A stretch of 64,000 nucleotides of DNA, taken from positions 148,306-212,305 of the forward strand of contig CBDDDT010000005.1 of NCBI GenBank assembly GCA_965226755.1, in the 5' to 3' direction. Made by a program: the position numbers and the translations under genes. The stretch is from Bryobacteraceae bacterium (GTDB taxonomy: Bacteria > Acidobacteriota > Terriglobia > Bryobacterales > Bryobacteraceae). Below the pieces are notes generated by a model. The model worked only from the letters and a program-made list of their open reading frames with translations, was not told the DNA's origin and did no database searches. Shown here one piece after another: positions 54,583 to 62,374 of the stretch (positions are counted from its first letter, which is position 1; each line of letters opens with the position of its first letter).

Positions 54583-55872
54583 ATGAGTGATTACATGTAC
54601 CTGCTCGACAGCCATCTCAGCCGCGAGCAGTCCCAGCTTCTAACTGCCGTCCAAGACGCCGCCGGCGAGCTTGGCATCGCGCTCTATTTGACCGGCGGCG
54701 CCATGCGCGACATGCTCGGCGGCTTCCCGATTCGAGATCTCGACTTCACCTTCGAGGGCCAGCCGCCGACGGCGCTCGCCAAGCTGATCGGAGAGCGGCT
54801 GCCCGGGATCGAATGCATCGAAGATACGCTGCGCAAGGTCGCGGAGCTTCGCCTTCCTTCCGGCGTTTCGGCGTCGCTCCGGATGGCGCACGTTCAGAAG
54901 GTGTCCAAACCCGGGGGGACGCCAAAGATCACGGCGGCGAACCTTCTGGAGGATCTGGCGCAGCGCGATTTCACGGTGAATGCGATCGCCATTTCGCTGG
55001 CGAAGGCTTCCCGCGGACTTATCCGCGATCCGCGCAACGGCGTCTCGGACTTGCAGAATCGCGAGATTCGCGTCACCTATCCGCAAGCGTTTTTTGACGA
55101 GCCGGTCCGCATGGTGCGCGCCGTGCGACTGCGGCACCGCCTGGGATTCCAGATGGAAGAACGAACGCAACGTTATTTCGCAACGGGCGTGGAAGAAGGC
55201 TGGATCAAAACCCTGACCCCGGCGGATTGGGCCCAGGAACTGCATCTGGTGGCCACCGAGCGGGAGCCGTCCGAGATTCTCGCGGAACTGGAGGCCTCGC
55301 AGCTGCTTCCCATCGACCCAGGAGGTCTGAACCTGGCGGGTCTCGGCCGCTGGGAGAAATTGCGGCGGATGATCCCTGGCCGGGGCGCCGAGTGGCTTCT
55401 CTTCCTGCAGGTTCTCACCGAGGAGATGAAGACGAAAGAGCGGACGACGTTCTTCGCGGCTTTTGGGATTGATCCCGCGGAATGGGAAGCGGGCCGCAAG
55501 CTGAAACCGCGGGCGGCCAAGCTGGAGGCAGCGTTAAAATCTCCCGCGCTGCGCCGGCCGTCGCAGGTTTACAATGCCCTGTGCGACGCGCCGCTGGCCG
55601 ACATTTTGACGCTGCTCTACGAATCCAGCCAGCGAATCGTCCAGGAGCGGCTGCGCAATTACCTGGAGAAGTATCTGCAAGAGGCGAGCGAGATCACCGA
55701 CGCCCAGGTGGAATTGACGGGCGCCAAGCCGGGGACCGCGCAGTTCCGGAAAGCAAAGACGGCGCTGATCGCAGCCCGCCTGAATGCTCCGATTCCGCAG
55801 ACTCCGCCGGACGCCCCGGCGACGCCCAGTCCGGTCCCTGCCGGCGGTGCGCCGGCGCGCATCGCGCGTTAG
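54583..55872 (+). CDS. Class II tRNA nucleotidyltransferase / poly(A) polymerase family protein
   Basis: LTGGAMRD, DLDF, EDLAQRDFTVNAIA; variant DEPVR motif. Confidence 0.88.
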   Translation: MSDYMYLLDSHLSREQSQLLTAVQDAAGELGIALYLTGGAMRDMLGGFPIRDLDFTFEGQPPTALAKLIGERLPGIECIEDTLRKVAELRLPSGVSASLRMAHVQKVSKPGGTPKITAANLLEDLAQRDFTVNAIAISLAKASRGLIRDPRNGVSDLQNREIRVTYPQAFFDEPVRMVRAVRLRHRLGFQMEERTQRYFATGVEEGWIKTLTPADWAQELHLVATEREPSEILAELEASQLLPIDPGGLNLAGLGRWEKLRRMIPGRGAEWLLFLQVLTEEMKTKERTTFFAAFGIDPAEWEAGRKLKPRAAKLEAALKSPALRRPSQVYNALCDAPLADILTLLYESSQRIVQERLRNYLEKYLQEASEITDAQVELTGAKPGTAQFRKAKTALIAARLNAPIPQTPPDAPATPSPVPAGGAPARIAR

Positions 55873-55928
55873 ACCGGAATCGGGATAAACAAGAATCAAA
55901 AGTTCGCGCCGGAAAAATATTTTGGATC

Positions 55929-55955
55929 TGTCGATTCGGGGCATGTCCGTTCGTT
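55929..55955 (+). promoter_or_regulatory. ECF42-like promoter (TGTCGA-N17-CGTT)
   Basis: Exact TGTCGA -35 upstream of an operon containing a DGPF gene; the -10 is one base off CGTC. Confidence 0.5.
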
Positions 55956-55992
55956 GTTGTTGCGTGGGACAAATCCCGCAAGGAGCGAAACG

Positions 55993-56508
55993 ATGAACAA
56001 ACACTGGACACTGATAGCCGGCTTGCTGTTATCTTCGGCGGCCTTCGCCGCCGGACCTGGAACGAGCGATGGAACAATGGACGCGGGCGCTGCCTTCAAC
56101 CGCCTCAAGAGCCTCACGGGGGAGTGGGAAGCGGACACCGGCCAGGGCAAAGCGCACCTGAGTTACGAACTGATCGCGGGCGGAAGCGCGCTGGTGGAAC
56201 GCGAGTCCGCCGAGAACATGCCGGCCATGATGACGGTCTATCATCTGGACGGCAGCCGCGTGGTGCTGGAACACTACTGCATGACTGGAAACCAGCCCCG
56301 CATGGAAGCGAGCAGTTTCAATCCGGCGACCGGCGAACTGCGGTTCCAGTTTCTGAACGCGACGAACCTACCGGACGCCAACGCGCCTCACATGCATAAC
56401 GCCACGTTTGTGTTCGGGGACGCGTCCCACTTTACAACCACGTGGGAGCTTTATGCTGACGGCCATTTGAAGAACACCGAGAAGTCCGCATTCACGCGCG
56501 TGCGCTAA
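55993..56508 (+). CDS. Secreted hypothetical beta-barrel-like protein
   Basis: AGGAG RBS, signal peptide, MMTVYHLDG, HYCMTGNQPRM and HMH motifs. Confidence 0.82.
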   Translation: MNKHWTLIAGLLLSSAAFAAGPGTSDGTMDAGAAFNRLKSLTGEWEADTGQGKAHLSYELIAGGSALVERESAENMPAMMTVYHLDGSRVVLEHYCMTGNQPRMEASSFNPATGELRFQFLNATNLPDANAPHMHNATFVFGDASHFTTTWELYADGHLKNTEKSAFTRVR

Positions 56509-56518
56509 GGAGACAGAC

Positions 56519-56854
56519 ATGCCGCATTACATGCTGCTGCTTTACGACGATCCGACGGGATGGGACAGACTGAGCCGGGAGGAGCAGGAGACCGCCATGG
56601 GCGAATACAAGGCGTGGCGCGAGAAACCTTTTGTGACCGGCGGCCAGCGTCTCGCTCCCGACCACGGCCGCATCCTGCGCTCACAGGGCGGCCAGCCCCG
56701 CGCGACGGACGGGCCTTACAGCGAAACGAAGGAATTCCTCGGCGGCTTCTACAGTATCGAGGCCGCCGATTATGACGAGGCTGTTCAACGTACGCTCGAT
56801 AATCCGCACGTGCGGCACGGGACTGTGGAGATCCGGCATATATTCGGGACGTAA
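56519..56854 (+). CDS. YciI/DGPF-domain protein
   Basis: MPHYMLLLY, TDGPYSETKEFLGGFY, GTVEIR. Confidence 0.92.
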   Translation: MPHYMLLLYDDPTGWDRLSREEQETAMGEYKAWREKPFVTGGQRLAPDHGRILRSQGGQPRATDGPYSETKEFLGGFYSIEAADYDEAVQRTLDNPHVRHGTVEIRHIFGT

Positions 56855-56869
56855 AAACAACGCTGGAAA

Positions 56870-58441
56870 CTAATGCGCCGCCGGCGTGCTCGCGCCAGGC
56901 TTGCCGCGGCGCATTAGAAAGACAAACGGGATCAGACAGGCGACGACCAGCGCCAACATCGACAGGACATCGATATAGGCGAGAGCCGTGGCCTGACCCT
57001 GAATCATCAGATTTACGCGCGCGTAGGCTTGCCGCGTGGCCGTAGTCGCACTGAGCCCGCTTTGGCGGAGCGAGGCGCTGATTCCATTCACCAGATTATC
57101 GAAATTCGGGCTGCCCGGAATGGCGTGAGCGGCCAGAAACGTTGTATGCTTCTGCCCCTGGCGCGTCAGAAAAGTGGTGATCAGCGCGATGCCGATGCTG
57201 CCGCCGATGTTGCGCACGAACGCGTTCATCCCGGAGACCTGGTTGTTCTGCTCGCGCGCGATCCCGAGGTAGGCGAGCGTATTGGAAGGCAGAAAGATGA
57301 ATGGCAAGCTCAGCGTCTGGAGCGCGCGCATGGTGAACGCCGTGTTGAAGTCCAACCCCAGACTCATATGGGTCGTCATCCAGTAAAGCGACGCGGAGGT
57401 TCCGGCGAAACCTGCCGCCATCATGAGCCGGGGATCGAATTTGGACACCAGAAAGCCCGACACGGGCATCATGAACATCATCACGATCCCGCCGCCCGCG
57501 AGCGCTTCGCCGGCCTTCACGGCGGGATAGCCCAGCAGCGTCTCCAAGAATTGCGGGATCACGACCGTGGTGCCGAACAAGACGATTCCCAGCATGAACG
57601 TGAAGAACATCGCGACGGAGAAGTTGCGTTTCTTGAACAGCTTGATGTTCACGATGGGGAACGGGTGCTTCCACTCCCACATGATCCAAATCAGGAAAGT
57701 GGCGGCGGCGATGGTGAGCAGCGTGGTGATCCACCAGGCGGAGAACCAGTCGACTTCCTGTCCCTTGTCGAGCACGATCTGCAAGCAGCCGATGGCGATG
57801 GCGATGAGTCCCAATCCCAGGAAGTCGGGTTTAATGCCGGCGGAGCGTTTGCGCACGGCTTGCAGATAAGGCGGATCCTCCACCAGGCGGTTGGTCAGGA
57901 ATAGGGACAGAATGACGACCGGGATATTGATATAGAAGATCCAGCGCCAACTGTAGTTATCCGTAATCCAGCCGCCGAGGGTGGGACCGATCGCGGGCGC
58001 AACAACCACCGCCATGCCATACACGGCGAAGGCCATGCCCCGCATGGACGGAGGAAACGTGTCGGCCAGAATGGCCTGCTCGCTGGGCGCGAGCCCGCCG
58101 CCGCCGGCGCCCTGCAGAATGCGGAAAAAGACCAGCATGCCGAGACTTGGCGCGAGACCGCAAAGGAAACTGCTGACCCCAAAAACGGCGACGCAGGTCA
58201 TGTAGAAGCGCTTGCGGCCGAGCACGGTGGCGAGCCACGCGCTGATCGGCAAGATAATGGCGTTTGAAACCAGATAGCTGGTGAGAACCCAGGTGGATTC
58301 GTTCTGACTCGCGGAGAGCGAACCGGCGATATGCGGGAGGGCGACATTGGCGATGGAAGTATCCAGCACTTCCATGAAAGTGGCGAGCGTGACGGTTAAC
58401 GCGACGGCCCACCGATTGTGCCTCGGCTGCCAGTCATTCAT
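56870..58441 (-). CDS. DHA2 (EmrB/QacA) MFS efflux permease
   Basis: TFMEVLDTSIANVALPHI, WVLTSYLVSNA, RILQGAGGG, GPTLGGWITDNYSWRWIFYINIP. Confidence 0.96.
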   Translation of the reverse strand: MNDWQPRHNRWAVALTVTLATFMEVLDTSIANVALPHIAGSLSASQNESTWVLTSYLVSNAIILPISAWLATVLGRKRFYMTCVAVFGVSSFLCGLAPSLGMLVFFRILQGAGGGGLAPSEQAILADTFPPSMRGMAFAVYGMAVVVAPAIGPTLGGWITDNYSWRWIFYINIPVVILSLFLTNRLVEDPPYLQAVRKRSAGIKPDFLGLGLIAIAIGCLQIVLDKGQEVDWFSAWWITTLLTIAAATFLIWIMWEWKHPFPIVNIKLFKKRNFSVAMFFTFMLGIVLFGTTVVIPQFLETLLGYPAVKAGEALAGGGIVMMFMMPVSGFLVSKFDPRLMMAAGFAGTSASLYWMTTHMSLGLDFNTAFTMRALQTLSLPFIFLPSNTLAYLGIAREQNNQVSGMNAFVRNIGGSIGIALITTFLTRQGQKHTTFLAAHAIPGSPNFDNLVNGISASLRQSGLSATTATRQAYARVNLMIQGQATALAYIDVLSMLALVVACLIPFVFLMRRGKPGASTPAAH

Positions 58442-59064
58442 GCGATGGCCCGCCGTTCCGGGGACGTTTCCGAGATGCCGCTCAAGAACACGTCGACGCA
58501 GACGGCGACATAGGCGTCGCGCCCGTAGCGCTGGCGGTGCATGTGGCGGCGGAGCGCACCGGCGAAGAGCATTCCGGTAAAAGCGTCGACGGCGGGGAGC
58601 AGATCCAGATCACGCACCAATCCGCGGCCGCGCGCCTCCTCGAGGTATGCCAGAAAGCGCGCCCGCAGCGGCTCGACGATGTCGCGCATGATCTGGTCGC
58701 TCAATTCCGGGGACGCGGGCCGGGCGATCATGGTGCGGATAAAGCCCATGTGCTTGGTCGTGGAGCGGTCGTAAGCCTCGGCGATGCTCGCCAGATCGCG
58801 CCGCAGATCGAAGTTCACCAGGTCGACGCGATCGAGCGCCTCGGACTGAAGGCGGCAGATTTCCCGGGTGACCTCGGTCAGCAATCGCTCCTTGGTCTCG
58901 AACTGGCGAAATAGGGTTACCTCATTGACGCCGGCCTCGCGGGCGATTTCGCGAGTAGTGGCGCCGAGCCCTTCCCGCGAGAACACCGCGAGCGCGGCGG
59001 CAAGAACGCGCCGGCCCGCGGATCGGGGATTGGAGGCAGATGTCGAAGACCGGGCGGATGGCAT
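58438..59064 (-). CDS. TetR/AcrR family transcriptional regulator
   Basis: ATTREIAREAGVNEVTLFRQFETKE helix-turn-helix; 4-nt overlap with the efflux gene. Confidence 0.94.
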   Translation of the reverse strand: MPSARSSTSASNPRSAGRRVLAAALAVFSREGLGATTREIAREAGVNEVTLFRQFETKERLLTEVTREICRLQSEALDRVDLVNFDLRRDLASIAEAYDRSTTKHMGFIRTMIARPASPELSDQIMRDIVEPLRARFLAYLEEARGRGLVRDLDLLPAVDAFTGMLFAGALRRHMHRQRYGRDAYVAVCVDVFLSGISETSPERRAIA

Positions 59065-59082
59065 GCAAGCGCTTGCTTACAT
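59063..59082. promoter_or_regulatory. Putative TetR operator ATGCAAGC-gctt-GCTTACAT overlapping the tetR start
   Basis: Inverted repeat matching at 7 of 8 positions; contains the perfect 12-bp palindrome GCAAGCGCTTGC (59065-59076). Confidence 0.6.
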
Positions 59083-59228
59083 TTTTACCATACCGGGATG
59101 TGAGGACCCGGACCCGGGCAATCCTTGTAGTAGAGTACTCGCATAGCGAACATTCGACCGCGCGTGTCGCGCGTTTGAGGCCGCTGCGCAAATCATGGTG
59201 CGGCGTACTCACGAGGGATTTTGAGCCG

Positions 59229-59831
59229 ATGTTGGAAACGACATATGACCGAGAGAATTTACCTCATCGCCTCATGTGGCGCATCGTCTTGGACCACGCA
59301 GACCTTGCAAAGGAAAGCGGAATAGAATGGGAAAAGCCTTCCCTCGTCGCCATGGTGTTCGGATTTCACGCGATGGAAGCATACCTGAATTATGTCGGTC
59401 CGAAGGTTGCGCCCGAGGCGTGGGAAAACGAAAGAGAATACTTTCGCGGAACCGGTTTCAAAGGTAAGCTCCGAGAAGTGATGGACCGGGCGGCCCTGCC
59501 TTGGGAACCCGGCAGACGCCCGCTTCAAACGGTTCTCGGGCTCGAAAAATTGAGGAATACTATCGCTCACGGAAAGCCAGAGAGGCGGACAGGGAAATTC
59601 GTCCATGGCATCTACAAGGAGCCTTCTTATCCAGCATTCTCATTGCATAAACTGTTCGCGCCAAAGAACAAAATGCCGAAGGCGGTGCATGATCTGGAAC
59701 AGCTCGCAAATGAGATTCACGGAGCTGTAAAACTGAAATCCAAAGTTTCGGACCCCTGGTTCGGCAAAGAAGCCTTTCATGGATCGCCAAGCTTTGGTTC
59801 CCACCGCACAACGTTCAAGAATAGTAGCTAG
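59229..59831 (+). CDS. Stand-alone HEPN-like protein (RxxxxH motif RNTIAH)
   Basis: All-helical; AMVFGFHAMEAYLN helix and LRNTIAHGK motif; lower GC than the flanks. Start moved to ATG 59229. Confidence 0.7.
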   Translation: MLETTYDRENLPHRLMWRIVLDHADLAKESGIEWEKPSLVAMVFGFHAMEAYLNYVGPKVAPEAWENEREYFRGTGFKGKLREVMDRAALPWEPGRRPLQTVLGLEKLRNTIAHGKPERRTGKFVHGIYKEPSYPAFSLHKLFAPKNKMPKAVHDLEQLANEIHGAVKLKSKVSDPWFGKEAFHGSPSFGSHRTTFKNSS

Positions 59832-59956
59832 TGGCGGTGCCGGCGCCAAATATGCGTCGAACAAGGAAATCCCCTTAGCGGCCTGTGATTGATCAAGCGC
59901 GATCAAACGCGGCGCGACCTGACAGCAAAGGCGATCTGTAACTTCGAAGATCTACT

Positions 59957-60169
59957 TCAAAGGTCCTGCTTCTTTAGCCCGGGCACGCGCCTTTTGAGGT
60001 AGCCGATGACATCCTGATAAGGATCACCGGTATGGCGGAACGCGTAATCCGAGTTGTGCGCCATGCCCATAGCGAAAGCCGTAAGCTGGCTTTCCGTCTG
60101 TCGTTCCGAGGTCGGAAGTTCTTGCCAAGCCCTGAGGATGGCTCGGAGCGCGCCTTCTCGCTTCATCAT
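59957..60169 (-). CDS. 70-aa hypothetical protein
   Basis: Protein-like sequence MMKREGALRAILRAWQELP...GDPYQDVIGYL; TATGCT -10 box 6 nt upstream of the ATG. Confidence 0.65.
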   Translation of the reverse strand: MMKREGALRAILRAWQELPTSERQTESQLTAFAMGMAHNSDYAFRHTGDPYQDVIGYLKRRVPGLKKQDL

Positions 60170-60259
60170 GGTTCAAGCATATGCGCTTCTAGTCGGTCCA
60201 ATGCACTGCTTGGCCGAATTTCGTTCGAGCGTGGGGTCACGCCGCGTTTCGAAGGAAGA

Positions 60260-60730
60260 TCAAGCGTCCGGCCGCAGGGCCTCGGCAAGGACCTGGAAGC
60301 AGCCTTCCCAGCCGCGTTCGTGCTCGGCCCGCACGGTGTCGTTGTCGAGCAGTTCGTGGGTGAAGATCATCTCGGTTTCCGCGCCGCGGTCGAGAAGGAG
60401 AACCGTGACAACCGAATCCTCCTTCTGCAGAGGGATCGCGGGATCTGGCGGCGTTCGCGTCCAGGCCCAAGTGAAGACCAGCTTTTCCGGCGGCAGAACT
60501 TCCTGGAAAATTCCGCGACCGTGATAGGCCACGCCATCGGGCATGAGGATCTCGATCAAGTACGATCCTCCCGCGCGAACGTCCAGCTCCGTGTAGCGAG
60601 CCTGCTGAGTGGGGACGTCGCGGCACATCCAGCGTTCCAACTGCGCGCGTTCGGTCCAGGCCGCGAAGACTCTGTCCCGGGGCGCCCGGAAAGTGCGGCA
60701 AATCTGCAGAGAGGTGCTCGTTGAAGTCAT
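60260..60730 (-). CDS. SRPBCC/AHSA1 (START-like) protein
   Basis: RTFRAPRDRVFAAWT, LDVRAGGSY, EKLVFTWAW, HERGWEGCF. Start moved to ATG 60730. Confidence 0.92.
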   Translation of the reverse strand: MTSTSTSLQICRTFRAPRDRVFAAWTERAQLERWMCRDVPTQQARYTELDVRAGGSYLIEILMPDGVAYHGRGIFQEVLPPEKLVFTWAWTRTPPDPAIPLQKEDSVVTVLLLDRGAETEMIFTHELLDNDTVRAEHERGWEGCFQVLAEALRPDA

Positions 60731-61083
60731 GCGTTTGTTCCTCCTTCGGGATTTTCCAGTTGTTCGGCCAGTGCGTCGAAGCGGCGCTCCCAGAATTGCC
60801 GTTGATGCTCGATCCACTCCAAAGCCGGCTGCATCGTTTCCGGCCTTAACCGGCAGCGATGCACCCGGCCGGTCTTACGCGTTTCGATCAGGCGGGCGCG
60901 CTCCAGCACGCGCAAGTGTTTACAAACGGCGGGCATCGACATGGCGAACGGCTCGGCCAGCTGACTGACGGACGCTTCCCCGCGCGTCAGGACGGCCACG
61001 ATGCGCCGTCTGGTCGCATCGGAGAGCGCGGCGAAGGTGGCGTTGAGGTCCGCCTCGCAGCCTTCTCCGGAATAATTAACCAT
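60727..61083 (-). CDS. ArsR/SmtB family transcriptional regulator
   Basis: FAALSDATRRRIV, SQLAEPFAMSMPAVCKHLRVLERARLI; 4-nt overlap with the SRPBCC gene. Confidence 0.94.
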   Translation of the reverse strand: MVNYSGEGCEADLNATFAALSDATRRRIVAVLTRGEASVSQLAEPFAMSMPAVCKHLRVLERARLIETRKTGRVHRCRLRPETMQPALEWIEHQRQFWERRFDALAEQLENPEGGTNA

Positions 61084-61172
61084 TTGGTTTAGTTTTAGCT
61101 CGTGCGGACGGACCTGTCAAGCGCTTTCCGAAAATCCCGGCGGAATTCTCAGAAGATGCGGGTCAGGTCATA

Positions 61173-62360
61173 ATGACGTTAACGGTGCGAGAGCCTATTG
61201 GCCGGGAACAGGGTGTTCACGTGGTATGGCTGCTGGCAGCGGTGTGCCTGCTCGAAGCAGGGTGTATCGGGAAGGGAACGTTCTCCCAAAAAACCGATCC
61301 CGACGCCAACCAGCCCACGGCGTCGCTATTCACGGTGGCGAGCAACCAGCTGCCGCGTCTGCGGGTGGCGCCTGCTCGAATCGTGTCTTTCCCGATCTCG
61401 GACCACACGACGGGCACTGTCGATTGGGACGAGAATCACACGACGCCGGCGATCAGCCAGGTGAGCGGCCCCGTATCGCGAATCCTGGTAGATACCGGCG
61501 TGAAAGTGAAGCTGGGGCAGCCGCTGCTTTACATTGCGAGTCCCGACGCCTCCAATGCCATCGCCACGTATCGCAAGGCGAAGAACGACGAGCGACTGGC
61601 GCGGCTCACCATGGAGCGTTCCAAGGATCTGCTAGACCATGGCGCGATCGCGATCAAGGATTATGAGACGGCGCAGGCGGCGTTCAACGACGCCGCCGTG
61701 GATGTGCAAAACAGTTTGCAGGCGCTGCGCATCTTCGGCTTGACGCAGCAGGATATCGATGAAGCACAAAGAGAGGGCGTGCCCATCCGTCCCGAGATCG
61801 CGCTGCGCTCTCCGATCGCCGGGGACGTGGTTCAGAAGACCGTCGCGCCGGGGCAACTGGTCCAGGCAGGCACCACCACTTGCTTCCTGATAAGCGATAC
61901 GTCGACGGTCTGGATCCTGGCGCATGTTTTCGATCACGATCTGCCGTCGGTGCATATGGGCGATGCGGTCGAGGCTTCCAATCCTTCTTTCAGCCAGCGG
62001 TTTCACGGGACCGTATCCTATATTGATGCGCTGGTGGATCCCGCCACGCGCACGACGCTGGTCCGCGTGGTGGTGAGGAATGCGGGCGAGCTTCTGAAGA
62101 AGGATATGTACGTCGACACGGTGATTCACACGCGCACGCAGAGAAATATATTGGCCGTGCCGGCGTCCGCTATCTTGCGGGATTCCCAGAATGAGCCGAT
62201 CGTTTACGTGGAAGCCGCTCCCGGTAAGTTCGGACAACGCGTCATCAGCATCGGGGTTCAACAGGACGATCAGGTGGAGGTTCGGAGCGGACTCAAAGAG
62301 GGCGAAAGCGTAGTTTCCGAAGGCAGCGTTTTTCTGCAGTTCGCCAGCACATACCAGTAG
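61173..62360 (+). CDS. RND efflux periplasmic adaptor (CzcB/CusB-like)
   Basis: LRSPIAGDV, VWILAHVF, VDPATRTTLVR, VEVRSGLKEGESVVSEG; start uncertain. Confidence 0.9.
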   Translation: MTLTVREPIGREQGVHVVWLLAAVCLLEAGCIGKGTFSQKTDPDANQPTASLFTVASNQLPRLRVAPARIVSFPISDHTTGTVDWDENHTTPAISQVSGPVSRILVDTGVKVKLGQPLLYIASPDASNAIATYRKAKNDERLARLTMERSKDLLDHGAIAIKDYETAQAAFNDAAVDVQNSLQALRIFGLTQQDIDEAQREGVPIRPEIALRSPIAGDVVQKTVAPGQLVQAGTTTCFLISDTSTVWILAHVFDHDLPSVHMGDAVEASNPSFSQRFHGTVSYIDALVDPATRTTLVRVVVRNAGELLKKDMYVDTVIHTRTQRNILAVPASAILRDSQNEPIVYVEAAPGKFGQRVISIGVQQDDQVEVRSGLKEGESVVSEGSVFLQFASTYQ

Positions 62361-62374
62361 GGAAACCCGACGGA

